NCBI GenBank assembly: GCA_044006015.1
Contig: JBIPDF010000002.1
Location: 24,666-88,665 of the forward strand
DNA length: 64,000 bases
Reading direction: 5' to 3'
Source: Heteroscytonema crispum UTEX LB 1556
Lineage (GTDB): Bacteria; Cyanobacteriota; Cyanobacteriia; Cyanobacteriales; Nostocaceae
A program made the translations under genes and the position numbers. Position 1 is the stretch's first letter. Every line of letters starts with the position of its first letter. Below are positions 49,609 to 59,830 of this stretch, piece by piece. The notes below the pieces were generated by a model. It was not told the origin of the DNA. It worked only from the letters and a program-made list of their open reading frames with translations, and did no database searches.

Positions 49609-51006
49609 TTGCTGTCTAAGCATTGCTCCTCGCACTGCAACCGCCCTCTAGAGAGTCAACACATGCTTAAACCCCTTTTGCTGTCAGGATGGTTCCGCGT
49701 ACAACCGTTTTTAAAGTATGTTGTACTTGTAATCTTAATCGCGCCTTTCGTGGCTGCCTCTGGTCACTCGAGTTCGGCGACACAATCAGAAATAGCTAGA
49801 AGCAACTCCGCGGCCAGGGAATCTGACTCTGTGTCAGGGGAAATAGCTGCCGCAAGCAAATCTGATTTCTCTGATTACAATGTCATAAATGAAAATCAAA
49901 TCGGTTCATTGACAGAAGAATCTGTGACTGTGCCAAATGAAATGACTGCTGTTGTGGAACCGCAAGTATTACCAGCAGATCAAACAGATCAAACAGAATC
50001 TTTAATAGCAGAAAATGGTTCCTCCTCTAGGGAGGCGTTGACGACTGATAAATTGGCAGTGGTTCAACTTGCGCCATTCCCAACAGAATTTGACTCTGTT
50101 TCTCAGCAAATAAGCAAAAGCCAAATGGATTTAGCGCAAAAATTAAAAGTCGCTAAAATTCAATCTTTGAAAAAGATGAATGGCGCTGATTCGTCGATAG
50201 TAGCTAAAAATTCTGCTTCATTGAGGCAATTGCAACCAATCCAACCACAAGAAGTACCGGCTGTAGCACAACCCCAACAATCTGAAGAAGTACCTCAAGA
50301 CCCGTTGGGAAGTCCTCATCCGATTCCGTGGAAATGGATAGTGTCTACCCATCAGGCTGTTAGTGCTAACGGTGGTTCTGGAGTGCGCTATTATCGCAGC
50401 GTGCCAGTGATGTCACCGGATGGTAGGTATGCAGTTTACAGCCGCGTGCAATTAGAAGTCAAGCCGGAAATGTACAACAGCCGCGTCACCAGCGTCTTGT
50501 TTGTAGAAGATACCCAAACCAAGAAATTGCGAGTTGTAACTTCAACGACTCGCATCAGCGATCCCTTGTTGGCGACAAAAGCAAAAGTATCAGTAACGTC
50601 ACCACAACCCGAGGAAAATGGGACAATTGGGGTATTGGTTCCCGTTAGCTGGTCGCAAAAAGGCGATCGCTTTTTAGCACGTCGCTTTGAAGCAATATTC
50701 AATACTGCCGACCTTACAGACAGCGCAGTTATTTGGGATCGGCAAAAAAATAACACCAATACAGTTTCTCCCACAGTCGGTCATGGAGAAGATGAGCATG
50801 AGAAGATTGCGATATTGTTAGGTTGGAGTAAAAACCAGCCAGACAACGTACTGTTCCGTGTTGGTGAAATGGGCGAGGAAAATTGGCCTTTGGTGCAAGT
50901 AGCTAGTGATGGTAAGACTGTAACTACAACAGATGTAGATCAGCCTGTTACCTATAGTGACAACGTTTCGGACATTTGGGCTGGTCCTCAAGTCGCCTAC
51001 AGATAA
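49609..51006 (+). CDS. Hypothetical secreted protein (signal peptide, Ser/Glu-rich disordered region, ~230-aa C-terminal globular domain)
   Basis: A likely true start lies at an internal Met (MLKPLLLSGW..., near 49663), followed by a hydrophobic stretch VVLVILIAPFVAASG. No recognisable family. Confidence 0.5.
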   Translation: MLSKHCSSHCNRPLESQHMLKPLLLSGWFRVQPFLKYVVLVILIAPFVAASGHSSSATQSEIARSNSAARESDSVSGEIAAASKSDFSDYNVINENQIGSLTEESVTVPNEMTAVVEPQVLPADQTDQTESLIAENGSSSREALTTDKLAVVQLAPFPTEFDSVSQQISKSQMDLAQKLKVAKIQSLKKMNGADSSIVAKNSASLRQLQPIQPQEVPAVAQPQQSEEVPQDPLGSPHPIPWKWIVSTHQAVSANGGSGVRYYRSVPVMSPDGRYAVYSRVQLEVKPEMYNSRVTSVLFVEDTQTKKLRVVTSTTRISDPLLATKAKVSVTSPQPEENGTIGVLVPVSWSQKGDRFLARRFEAIFNTADLTDSAVIWDRQKNNTNTVSPTVGHGEDEHEKIAILLGWSKNQPDNVLFRVGEMGEENWPLVQVASDGKTVTTTDVDQPVTYSDNVSDIWAGPQVAYR

Positions 51007-51109
51007 TTTCTCGAAAGATAATAATCTTGATAATATCTCCCGTTTTAGTTGTTGGCTAGAACGGGAAATTTTTTTGTTATTAGTTATTAGTTATGAGTCA
51101 TTGGTAACT

Positions 51110-51410
51110 AACCACCAACGCGATCGCGCTTCACCAGTTACCTGCGCGAGTGTTACCAAAAGCGCAGTACGCGCTTCACCACCAACCACCAACAACCCTT
51201 CGGGTTCGCAGTTGCAACAAGCGGGGGAACCCGTCCACCGCACTGCTCACCAACCACCAACCACCAACAACGCGATCGCGCTTCACCAGTCGCCTGGGTC
51301 GGGAAACCCTACCAAGGGCGCGAAGCTCGCCGGAGGGAATCTTCCCTCCGGCAGACTTCGCGCCCCAACACCCACCAACCAACAACCAACCACCAACAAA
51401 TTTATTGTGA
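51110..51410. repeat. Degenerate inverted copies of the 68-bp repeat family seen at 6430-6600
   Basis: cgcgcttcaccaccaaccaccaacaacccttcggg and gcgcagtacgcgcttcacc are reverse complements of unit segments ggtgaagcgcgtactgcg / cccgaagggtcgttggttggtggttggtggtgaagcgcg. ORFs 50957..51439, 51150..51410 and 51176..51415 are repeat translations. Confidence 0.6.
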
Positions 51411-51704
51411 AGCATCGCTGCTTTCCAATTCAGGTGTAGTTGTTTTCACGCGACGAATGGGCAAATTGGCAATTAAGGCTGTTGTCCTATCGTTGCTTTC
51501 TAGGGAAAATTCCAAGCCGTCTGTCTCGACTTCCACGTAGCGACAGACGATTTCGAGGATTTCTTGCCGCATTTTTTCTACCATTTGAGGGCTTAAATCG
51601 GCGCGATCGTGTGCAATTACCAATTGCAGGCGACGTTTAACTTGAGTGCGACTGGTGTCACTACTACGAAAAAAAAGTCGTTCTAGAAGTTCGAGAATCA
51701 TTGC
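51402..51704 (-). CDS. minE: Cell division topological specificity factor MinE
   Basis: [52 protein letters not shown] is the classic MinE N-terminal helix plus QLVxxHDR. The start is chosen at the internal Met, 33 nt after the minD stop; the ORF track's longer version starts at 51737. Confidence 0.85.
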   Translation of the reverse strand, partial: AMILELLERLFFRSSDTSRTQVKRRLQLVIAHDRADLSPQMVEKMRQEILEIVCRYVEVETDGLEFSLESNDRTTALIANLPIRRVKTTTPELESSDASQ

Positions 51705-51737
51705 AACCCGGCGTGCGTGCGGAGACTGGAAAATCAC

Positions 51738-52544
51738 TTAAACAATCTTTGTCCAAAACAATCTTCGGAGACGGGAGAAGATGTTGTCATTAGGTGAATC
51801 AAGCTCAAGGAATTCGACCGTTTCTCCTTCCAATCTACGAGCAATGTTATCAAAAGCTGTGGCAGCCAAAGATGGATTTTCCGATAATACCAGTGGTTCG
51901 CCGCGATTGGTAGAGACAATAACGCGCTCATCGTCAGGTATGACTCCAATCAGGGGGATTGCGAGAAGTTCCTGAACATCTTGTACTGACATCATATCAT
52001 TTGCCCGTACCATTGCGGGTCTGATGCGGTTAATTATTAAATAAATCCGCTTGATACCTTGTGCTTCTAGTAACCCAACTACGCGATCGGCGTCACGAAC
52101 TGAGGCAATTTCTGGTGTGGTTACGATTAAGGCTTCTTTGGCTGGGGCGATCGCGTTTTTAAACCCCATTTCTATTCCCGCTGGGCTATCAAGAAGCACG
52201 TATTGATACTTCTGTGCCAGTGCATTCACCAATAACTTCATTTGGTCGGGGGTGACTGCATCTTTGGTGCGATTTTGTGCTGCGGGCAAAAGTACCAAAT
52301 TGGGTTGGCGCTTATCTTTGACTAAGGCTTGTTCTAAGCGACACTCCCTAGCTAAGACTTCCACCGCCGTGTAAACGATGCGATTTTCCAGTCCTAGTAA
52401 CAAATCTAAATTTCTCAGACCAAAATCCGCATCAACTAAAGCTACTTGACGCCCCATTTTGGCTAAAGCCATGCCCAGATTTGCAGAAATTGTGGTTTTA
52501 CCCACCCCTCCTTTGCCGGAGGTAATTACAATAATGCGAGTCAT
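51738..52544 (-). CDS. minD: Septum site-determining ATPase MinD
   Basis: MTRIIVITSGKGGVGKTTISANLGMALA (deviant Walker A), DADFGLRNLD, C-terminal amphipathic helix. Confidence 0.95.
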   Translation of the reverse strand: MTRIIVITSGKGGVGKTTISANLGMALAKMGRQVALVDADFGLRNLDLLLGLENRIVYTAVEVLARECRLEQALVKDKRQPNLVLLPAAQNRTKDAVTPDQMKLLVNALAQKYQYVLLDSPAGIEMGFKNAIAPAKEALIVTTPEIASVRDADRVVGLLEAQGIKRIYLIINRIRPAMVRANDMMSVQDVQELLAIPLIGVIPDDERVIVSTNRGEPLVLSENPSLAATAFDNIARRLEGETVEFLELDSPNDNIFSRLRRLFWTKIV

Positions 52545-52564
52545 GATCGAAACGCGCTCAATTT

Positions 52565-52780
52565 AGGGATCGGGAACTATAAGAAGTATGAAGTATGAAG
52601 TATAAAGTGTGAAGTGTGAAGTATGAAGTATTAAGTTAGGAAGTTATGAAGTATTAGGCATTTTAGACCTTGAATATCCCCCCAACCCCCTTTTTAAGGG
52701 GGGCTTTGAGTAAGTACTGTTTCATTTTGCTTTTATCCTTCATCCTTCATCCTTCATCCTTCATCCTTCATACTTTAATT
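52565..52780. repeat. Inverted pair of STRR arrays (GAAGTAT/GAAGTGT ... CTTCATC) in the minC-minD intergenic region
   Basis: gaagtatgaagtatgaagtataaagtgtgaagtgtgaagtatgaag ... cttcatccttcatccttcatccttcatccttcatac read directly. Confidence 0.85.
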
Positions 52781-52781
52781 T

Positions 52782-53915
52782 TTATGCCTCTTGATTATTT
52801 ATCCTACTTATTTGGGTTCGGGAAAAATCAGTAGCCTTGGTGATGCGAATTCCTGTTGGGATAATGTATGCCACTTCCGGATAAAATTGCATCGGTGATT
52901 TTTCTGGTGCCCTAGCTACGGCGTCTGCTATCCGTAACTGGGTTGGTTCCATTTGCAATGCCATTATTAGACAATCAGTTTTGCCCCCTGCACCGGCGTG
53001 AGCAATTCCACGCAAACGACCCCAAACTAGAATATCTCCATCTGCGATTACGATACCACCTGGGTTTACATCTCCCAAGATAATTACAGTACCGGGATGG
53101 CGAATTTCTAATCCCGAACGTACTGTCATTTCGAGATAGAGGGCGTCTGCTAGGGGTGTGGGGGCGGTGGTAGATGCGGAACTCAAACTGGGTTCTTGCT
53201 GTAGTTGTTCTACAGAATACCCGGCTGAGACGGCTGCGATCGCGGTTTGGCGACGGCTGGTAGAAACTGATTTTAACTGGAGTTGGATTTCTCTCAAAGT
53301 TTCGGCAATTTCTTGTAACTGTCTGCCATCCAACAGGCGATCGCGTGCGATTAAATGTACCGTTGTGTTGGGTACAAAAAAGCGATCGCCTGCCAATAAT
53401 CGCAGTTTCATTTGTTGCCAAATCTCAGATAAACCGTATTCTGAGGCTGGTACTTGCGATTCTGTTGGTAATATTAATAACAGCTTTCCATCTTCACTTT
53501 TAATCTGAACTTGGATATTCGGATTCACCGCTTTTTCTGGTGGCGGCGTCTCGGTATCATCTCCACCCCATAGTATATAATTCGACTCTATATTATCCAG
53601 TGTTTCCGGATTTGAAGATGTAGAATTTGACTCTATATTATCCAGTGATTCCGAATTTGAATATGTAGAATGTGACTCGACATTCTGAAATGATTCAGGA
53701 TTTGAATGTAAAAATTGCAGGACAGAATCGACCTCTGTGTCGGGGAGAATAGAATTTGACTCGACATCATAAACAACAGAATTTGATTCTGCTACCTCAG
53801 AAACAGCAGAATTTGATTCTGCTGCATCAGAACCAGCAGAATTTGACTTCTTATCGGGGATAGCAGAATCGTAAGTCATGCAACACCAGCCAAAAGAACC
53901 GAAAACAGCAAGCAA
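52782..53915 (-). CDS. minC: Septum formation inhibitor MinC with a long repetitive N-terminal extension
   Basis: C-terminal beta-helix domain GTVIILGDVNPGGIVIADGDILVWGRLRGIAHAGAGG. The N-terminal ~110 aa are an ESNS/DNIESN-rich low-complexity stretch encoded by nucleotide tandem repeats (53560-53880). The true start is uncertain. Confidence 0.8.
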   Translation of the reverse strand: MLAVFGSFGWCCMTYDSAIPDKKSNSAGSDAAESNSAVSEVAESNSVVYDVESNSILPDTEVDSVLQFLHSNPESFQNVESHSTYSNSESLDNIESNSTSSNPETLDNIESNYILWGGDDTETPPPEKAVNPNIQVQIKSEDGKLLLILPTESQVPASEYGLSEIWQQMKLRLLAGDRFFVPNTTVHLIARDRLLDGRQLQEIAETLREIQLQLKSVSTSRRQTAIAAVSAGYSVEQLQQEPSLSSASTTAPTPLADALYLEMTVRSGLEIRHPGTVIILGDVNPGGIVIADGDILVWGRLRGIAHAGAGGKTDCLIMALQMEPTQLRIADAVARAPEKSPMQFYPEVAYIIPTGIRITKATDFSRTQISRINNQEA

Positions 53916-53955
53916 TTACCAATATTTAGATTAGTAGTATTTGGCGATAAAATCC

Positions 53956-55296
53956 TCACACAGTATTTTGAGTCAATCTTTTAGTCAATCTTGTGTAAAC
54001 TGTTGCCAAAGCATCCGCATCGCCTACATTACCAGGAAACAGCACCACTGGCATGTTGGGAAACTGGGGATGGTCAGATCTAGTAATAATCATTGAGCAA
54101 CCAGCTAAAATTTGACCGAGTAAACGGGCAGAAGTTAATGCCAGTCCAGTACTCAAGACATCGTTTGAGGTAATGCCACCTTTACTAATTAAGAATCCTA
54201 TATCTGATGGTAAACCCCGCACAATATCCATTAATAAACCTGAAACCTTTACTCCAAAATCTAACCTTGTCTTGACATCCGGAAAGTTAAGTTCTTGGCG
54301 GCTGGTATAAACTACTGGTGTTTTGCCAGCGTCGTGTGCAGCCCGGGCACTTTCAAGAATGTTCGTTAGCAGTGTAGCAGATTGGTTTGTCGTATTATCT
54401 AATAACTGCGCTACATTTACTTCAATCGGGATCGTACCGTCTGCTTGTAACAATTTTGCTAACTGCTCGGTAGTCTTTTTGACATGGGAACCAACGATGA
54501 CTGCACCGGGTTTACCTCCGCGTACGTAGTGTGCCATATTTTCCGGGGCGATCGCTTGGGGAGGTAATGCCGCCAATGCGGTTAAAATACTGGCTGCACT
54601 GCGAAATAGAAAGCGTTTCCCTTGACTTGCAGCTTCTAAAACATCTTGTGCAAAGCGGTTGAAATCAACTTGAGTTTCTCCATCCACCACAGCGCATTGA
54701 TTACCGCTGAGTTTCATCAGGCGTTGGAGACTACCAGCACGGATATCAGCTAGTAAAAATCTTTCTACTGTCTGGGCTGGAATACGCCCCTGTGTTTTTT
54801 CTTCTGCGTATTTGGGCAAGTAACTGTGATGGTAAGCGAAAACAGAATCGCGGGCAAATTCAGTTTCATGTACTGGTGTGGGTACGCCATCAATAATTAA
54901 ATAATGTACGCTGTCGCGGGTGATACGTCCGCCCTCAAAGAATGCCGGTACGAGAAAATGAGCATCAAATGGACCGAGTTCTGCGGCGATGACATCGGTT
55001 TCAATTGGATAATGTCCCCGCAAAGTCGAATCAGAACGACTTACAATCAGAAAATCCTCAATTCCTTCTGCTTGTAAAGCCAGTTTGAGGTTGTGACAAA
55101 CTTCTTTAGTAACAGCAGCCGCTGACTCTGGGGTGAGAGACCTGGTATTAGTCAGCACAAAGAAAATCGGTGAATCATCGTGCAAACCAGTGCGTAACGT
55201 ATCCACATCCCAGCGCATTAGCAGCAAGCAACTGTGGACTGTTTGAGAACCCGTGGGATCGTCATCCAGGACGATTATTTTCGGTTTGTTGCTCAT
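53956..55296 (-). CDS. Four-carbon acid sugar kinase family protein (YgbK/OtnK-like), tentative
   Basis: N-terminal KIIVLDDDPTGSQTV resembles the DDxTGS nucleotide/sugar-binding start of this family. Size is 446 aa, and a C-terminal Gly-rich VVLFPGNVGD block is present. The call rests on a recalled pattern only. Confidence 0.55.
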   Translation of the reverse strand: MSNKPKIIVLDDDPTGSQTVHSCLLLMRWDVDTLRTGLHDDSPIFFVLTNTRSLTPESAAAVTKEVCHNLKLALQAEGIEDFLIVSRSDSTLRGHYPIETDVIAAELGPFDAHFLVPAFFEGGRITRDSVHYLIIDGVPTPVHETEFARDSVFAYHHSYLPKYAEEKTQGRIPAQTVERFLLADIRAGSLQRLMKLSGNQCAVVDGETQVDFNRFAQDVLEAASQGKRFLFRSAASILTALAALPPQAIAPENMAHYVRGGKPGAVIVGSHVKKTTEQLAKLLQADGTIPIEVNVAQLLDNTTNQSATLLTNILESARAAHDAGKTPVVYTSRQELNFPDVKTRLDFGVKVSGLLMDIVRGLPSDIGFLISKGGITSNDVLSTGLALTSARLLGQILAGCSMIITRSDHPQFPNMPVVLFPGNVGDADALATVYTRLTKRLTQNTV

Positions 55297-55316
55297 TTAT
55301 TTGTTACTGATTTAAA

Positions 55317-55979
55317 TCAACGGGGCGAATGTAGTTTTCTGATTTCTGCTTGGACATCGATCGCAATCTGCAATGATTGATTTAGGAGTTGGGCATATTC
55401 GCCTGCCTGACTGCTAAGTTGCAAGGCTTGCAGATTGGCTAAATTATTGTCAAATAACTCTTGATTTGAACTAAGCAGTTTTTTATTATCTCGCAAAATT
55501 CGTTCCGTTTTCAAAGCGCGAACTAAATCTTCTCTAATAAGTTGTAGGGCGGAAATTATTTTTTCTCTATCATTGATGCTGCTTTCATTCCCGGATGTTG
55601 ACAATTGGTCATTAATATCTATAGCGTTGATAACTGAATGATATCGCTCGACTTCATCTAAAAGTATTGTCAGTGCTTTGGGACAGGTAAAACGCCGCCA
55701 AAGCACGCGCCCAATTATTACGGCGATCGGTACTATAATTAGTAAAATAATTCCCAGCATAATTGACGAACCGATTGTTGGCAGAATTATAAAGGCATAA
55801 ATAAAGCCAACAATTATTGGGGTTAGCGCCAGCGCTACAACCATTTCATTAATAAAAAAGCCCAATCGCTTTTGTTTATCTCGCATAATTGATGGGCGGA
55901 ACACTTCATCAGCATCCATCCCAGTTAAGCGTCTCAGTTCCCCTTTCGTAATTTCTAAGCCTAGTAAGTCCGGCTGCAC
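55317..55979 (-). CDS. Hypothetical membrane protein (2 TM + C-terminal coiled coil)
   Basis: Hydrophobic segments VVALALTPIIVGFIYAFIILPTIG and IMLGIILLIIVPIAVIIG; no family recognised. Confidence 0.5.
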   Translation of the reverse strand: MQPDLLGLEITKGELRRLTGMDADEVFRPSIMRDKQKRLGFFINEMVVALALTPIIVGFIYAFIILPTIGSSIMLGIILLIIVPIAVIIGRVLWRRFTCPKALTILLDEVERYHSVINAIDINDQLSTSGNESSINDREKIISALQLIREDLVRALKTERILRDNKKLLSSNQELFDNNLANLQALQLSSQAGEYAQLLNQSLQIAIDVQAEIRKLHSPR

Positions 55980-56537
55980 AAATTGATACTCCTTACATTA
56001 ATAGTGCCTAACTCTAGGTGCGGCTATACGAACATGCGTCCGCGATTAGGCGGACTAGAAAATTTCAGGTTCTTAGCCTAGGTCGGCTTGTGGCTTTATT
56101 TGTGTAGCACCAGAATTATAGTCTGGGGGCTGGTTGATCAGCGTGGAAATAAATTTCCGGCTTTGTAGAGACGCACTAAGCGCGTCTCTGCATAGGTTGA
56201 AACTGACTCAAGACGCACTATTCTCATGGTTGGTAGGGTGGGCATCGCCCACCAACACAAATATGAGCGTTTCAGGCAACGGTGGGCATTGCCCACCCTA
56301 CAAAAAATGCGTTATTGTGACTCTTTGAAATCTATTATCCAGTAAGCTAATCGCATACTGAGCGCTATTTCCAAAATTTATTTGGTGGGTGGGCGTGGAG
56401 TTTGTCCTTGAATCGTGCAATAAAAGTGAATTCCAACTCCTTTCCAGATACAACACGAAAAGGAACATACTTTATTTTCCGCTTGATAGACCGCAATTAT
56501 CAAGGCAAAGGATATGGACGTGCAGCTTTATAACAAC

Positions 56538-56640
56538 ATATAGCAATCCGCGCATCATTCGCTTCGCTCACGAGAAGTCGGGTTCATCAAAGAAGTTACC
56601 CGACTTGTGAGACTTTCTATTTCCGGACTTACGCAACAAA
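56538..56640. mobile_element. MITE family A variant copy, abutting a family B partial copy (56624-56677)
   Basis: atatagcaatccgcgcatcatt 5' end identical to the 38019 copy. An internal hairpin ctcacgagaagtcgggt...acccgacttgtgag then runs into ggacttacgcaa + gtagcggtaattcatgaattaccgctac. Confidence 0.45.
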
Positions 56641-56948
56641 ACTCTGTTCGTAGCGGTAATTCATGAATTACCGCTACGACAAATCAGGCTTTTGAGACAA
56701 TGAAAGTCTAAGTCCGATATTTTTCACAAATCTTCCTTTGGATTGCTATGGTAGCCGCTCAACTCTATCTTCAGCTAGATTTTATATTAACTGGCGAAGT
56801 GGAAGATGACAAAATTGTTGGCGATTTAAAATTTAATCTGGAAAGTGGAATCGCCGTTGTGTAGGAAATATTGCTCCAATTAATCTCGTGGGGTGTGGGG
56901 AGGGGCGTCTCGCCTAACCCCACTTTCTTCAATACTCTAACAGGATTA

Positions 56949-57039
56949 GGACTTACGCAACTTCGACTACAAGCGCGTCAATTCAGCCTTTGATAATTCA
57001 TGAATTATCGCTACGGTAGTTATGTTTTGCGTAAGTCCT
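56949..57039. mobile_element. MITE family B complete copy
   Basis: ggacttacgcaa ... gataattcatgaattatcgctac ... ttgcgtaagtcc, the same architecture as 26109-26198. Confidence 0.5.
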
Positions 57040-57469
57040 GAGGATTTTGGATGAAAGGATTTTGGATTGTAGAGATGTTGCAGATCCCCCCCAACCCACG
57101 CGGCTTGGGCTACTGTCGCGGTCGCTACGGCGGCTGGCGACCCTTGACAAGGGGAGGCAAAGGCGCTAAGTGGATTTTCCTCCCGCTTTATTGCCGTGGG
57201 CACGGCGATTCTGTGATGTTGCAACGTTAAAAACAATTGATATTAAAAAAAGGCTTGGCTTCTCCACCCCCTTGGTTTGGGGGTCAACCCAGGCGGGGCG
57301 ATCGCAAACGAGATGACCATCTCACAAATTCTCAATTCTTTTTTGTATTACAATGTAGTGTGTTATTACCTCGGTCAACTAAGGCAATTTAAGGAGATCA
57401 ATTCCGTGAAGAATATCAACGCAGTTAATCAATTCATGACGAAAACTATGTATTTACCTCATTTCCGGT

Positions 57470-59074
57470 TTGAGTATGCAGAAAAAATCGATTTTGCTCG
57501 CAGAAAATTTAAGTTATGAACTCGCTTCCACTAAGACGTTATTTAAAGAAGTCAATATTAGTATTGAGGAAGCCGATCGCATTGCTTTAGTTGGCAATAA
57601 TGGTGTCGGCAAATCTACTCTTCTACGTATTATTGCAGGAAAAGAACGCCCCAAAACGGGTTCGGTGATAAATTATGGTGCTGTTTATTACTTACCGCAG
57701 ATTAGCACCATCAGGCAGGAAATCAAAGCAGATACGGTATTTGATTTTTTGAATTGCGTTTCTGATGAATGGTGGAAAATTGAAGAAATTTTAGATGTCA
57801 AATTTCATACAACACTTGATTTATCGCTAGCGATCGCCAACCTCAGTGGTGGGGAACTGACAAAATTATTTTTAGCGATCGGTTTATCGCAAGAACCTAA
57901 TATTCTGCTGTTGGATGAACCGACGAATCACATGGATTATTTGGCGTTGGAGAGTTTGAGCCAGTTTCTCAATGATTTTGATGGAGCGTTTGTAATTGTC
58001 TCCCACAAACCGTTTTTCTTGGATTCAGTTGTAAATACTACTTGGGAACTTACGCAAGAAGGAGTGAGGGTGTATGGGGGCAATTTTTCATTCTATCGCG
58101 AACAGAAGCAGATAGAGCGTTCTGCAAAAATGCGATCGCACGAAGTTGCAAGAAAGGAACTCAAACGCACTCAAGAAGCAGCATTGCAGGAACAACAACG
58201 AGCTGCGAAATCTCGCAAAAAAGGTCGCGAACTCGCGCCTAGCATTCCTAAAATTGTCGCTGGGGCGATGAAACGAAAAGCAGAGGTGACCGCAGGAATT
58301 GCCAAACAAAAACATGAAGCCGCTGTAGAGAAAGCGACACAAAAATTTACAGAAACAAAGCTTAAAACGACTAAGGCGACAAGTATTCAACTAGAGGAGA
58401 AGAGTCAAAAACGGAGAAATCTAATTGATATTCAGAATGCAAATTTAAGGGTAGGAGAACGGCTGCTAATTGAGAAGATGCAACTGCATATATCTTCGGG
58501 AGATAGAGTTGCGATTTCTGGTGCTAACGGTTCCGGTAAATCGAGTTTAGCTAAAGCAATTTTGGGGATGGATAATAGCCCTGCATTTCTCGAATCGGGT
58601 GAAGTTTTGCTTGCACCAGGAATGAAAGTTGTGTATCTCGACCAAAATTATGAATTGGTAAAGCGAGATAAAACGATTTTGGAGAATATGCAACTTGCCA
58701 ATCCCCATCTGCAATACCAACTAATTAGACAGCAGTTGGGACATTTTTTATTTTTTAACGATGATGTCTTCAAAAGAACATCAGTACTGAGTGGGGGAGA
58801 ATTAGCAAGATTAGCGATCGCTCTTATTAGTATTTCAGAAATAGACCTGCTAATTCTCGATGAACCAAGCAATAATTTAGACATTGAAACCGTTGAACAA
58901 ATAATCGAAGCAGTTAATGAATATCAGGGTGCGCTGTGGGTAATTTCTCACGATTTAGATTTTCTTTGCCGAATTAATATTACCCAATCCTTCAAATTGA
59001 AGAATCAAGCCTTGGAAACAACCAAGTATCTACCAAATGAACAGGAGGAATACTATCAAGAATTACTTATGTAA
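57470..59074 (+). CDS. ABC-F family ATPase (tandem ABC domains, no TMD)
   Basis: Two Walker A motifs (LVGNNGVGKST, ISGANGSGKSS) and two ABC signatures (LSGGELTKL, LSGGELARL). A charged linker RKELKRTQEAALQEQQRAAKSRKKGRE separates the halves. 534 aa. Confidence 0.85.
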   Translation: MSMQKKSILLAENLSYELASTKTLFKEVNISIEEADRIALVGNNGVGKSTLLRIIAGKERPKTGSVINYGAVYYLPQISTIRQEIKADTVFDFLNCVSDEWWKIEEILDVKFHTTLDLSLAIANLSGGELTKLFLAIGLSQEPNILLLDEPTNHMDYLALESLSQFLNDFDGAFVIVSHKPFFLDSVVNTTWELTQEGVRVYGGNFSFYREQKQIERSAKMRSHEVARKELKRTQEAALQEQQRAAKSRKKGRELAPSIPKIVAGAMKRKAEVTAGIAKQKHEAAVEKATQKFTETKLKTTKATSIQLEEKSQKRRNLIDIQNANLRVGERLLIEKMQLHISSGDRVAISGANGSGKSSLAKAILGMDNSPAFLESGEVLLAPGMKVVYLDQNYELVKRDKTILENMQLANPHLQYQLIRQQLGHFLFFNDDVFKRTSVLSGGELARLAIALISISEIDLLILDEPSNNLDIETVEQIIEAVNEYQGALWVISHDLDFLCRINITQSFKLKNQALETTKYLPNEQEEYYQELLM

Positions 59075-59181
59075 CTAAGGATGATGATTCGCTTTCAGAA
59101 CAGAATAAAATAGAGATAAAGTTAGCGATCGCTGTTCTGTAAAAGAATGTACGTAAAACCCACTTAACCTTACTTAACGTT

Positions 59182-59778
59182 ATGAATACTCCAAATCTCA
59201 AGCCTTTAATTAGCAACAATTGGTTCAAGAGATTGGCTTGTGTTGTGGGAATTGCTGGTGCTACTACCCTCATCAGTGTTCCAGTCTTAGCCAAATTCTA
59301 TCCACGCTACGCTCTGTTTCAACCTTCGGCTTACAGCAGCTACCCCTATCGCAACTCCCAAAGCACCATTGCTGAAACCCTTGCACAGGATAAGGATGCT
59401 AAATATGTCAATCTGGTTTATGAATTGAAACAAGCCGGTCTTCTAGACACTTTGAATAAAGCGGGTACTAAATTCACAATTTTTGCCCCAACCGATAAAG
59501 CCTTTAATGCTTTACCAAAAGAAAGCTTCAAGAAGTACAGCGAGGGACAAAATCGGCAAAGAGTGTTGAAATATCATTTAGTTCCCGGTGTACTTAGTAA
59601 AGAAACCATAGATGCTGGGGCAGTAAAAACCCTTGAAGGTAGCGACATTAAAATCGCTATTAACGACGCTGAAGACACGGTTAAGCTGAATGATGCTCAT
59701 GGTAAGCATCCCTCTACTGTGACGAGCAATGGCGTGATTATTGAAGTTGACAAGGTACTTTTACCTCCTGACTTCTAA
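59182..59778 (+). CDS. Fasciclin (FAS1) domain protein, secreted
   Basis: Signal/TM segment at the N-terminus; FTIFAPTDKAFNALP (H1 box) ... VLKYHLVPG ... NGVIIEVDKVLLP (H2 box). Confidence 0.85.
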   Translation: MNTPNLKPLISNNWFKRLACVVGIAGATTLISVPVLAKFYPRYALFQPSAYSSYPYRNSQSTIAETLAQDKDAKYVNLVYELKQAGLLDTLNKAGTKFTIFAPTDKAFNALPKESFKKYSEGQNRQRVLKYHLVPGVLSKETIDAGAVKTLEGSDIKIAINDAEDTVKLNDAHGKHPSTVTSNGVIIEVDKVLLPPDF

Positions 59779-59800
59779 CTTTGAACCTGTAAAGATGACC

Positions 59801-59830
59801 TGTAGAGACGCAATATATCGCGTCTCTACA
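59801..59830 (+). terminator. Hairpin tgtagagacgc aatatat cgcgtctctaca, 23 nt after the fasciclin gene stop
   Basis: Perfect 10-bp stem; no strong U-tract follows. It belongs to the gtagagacg/cgtctctac hairpin family. Confidence 0.35.

Noticed and set aside
49609-49662. N-terminal 18 codons of ORF 49609..51006 (MLSKHCSSHCNRPLESQH) as part of the protein
   Set aside because: A Met followed by a hydrophobic signal-like segment occurs at about 49663 (MLKPLLLSGW...). The upstream extension is Cys/His-rich and probably untranslated. I kept the ORF-track coordinates in the feature but consider the internal start more likely.
51705-51737. Extended MinE start ([12 protein letters not shown]) overlapping the minD stop
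   Set aside because: MinE proteins begin with the [10 protein letters not shown] amphipathic helix. The internal Met gives a canonical 100-aa MinE and a normal 33-nt gap after minD.
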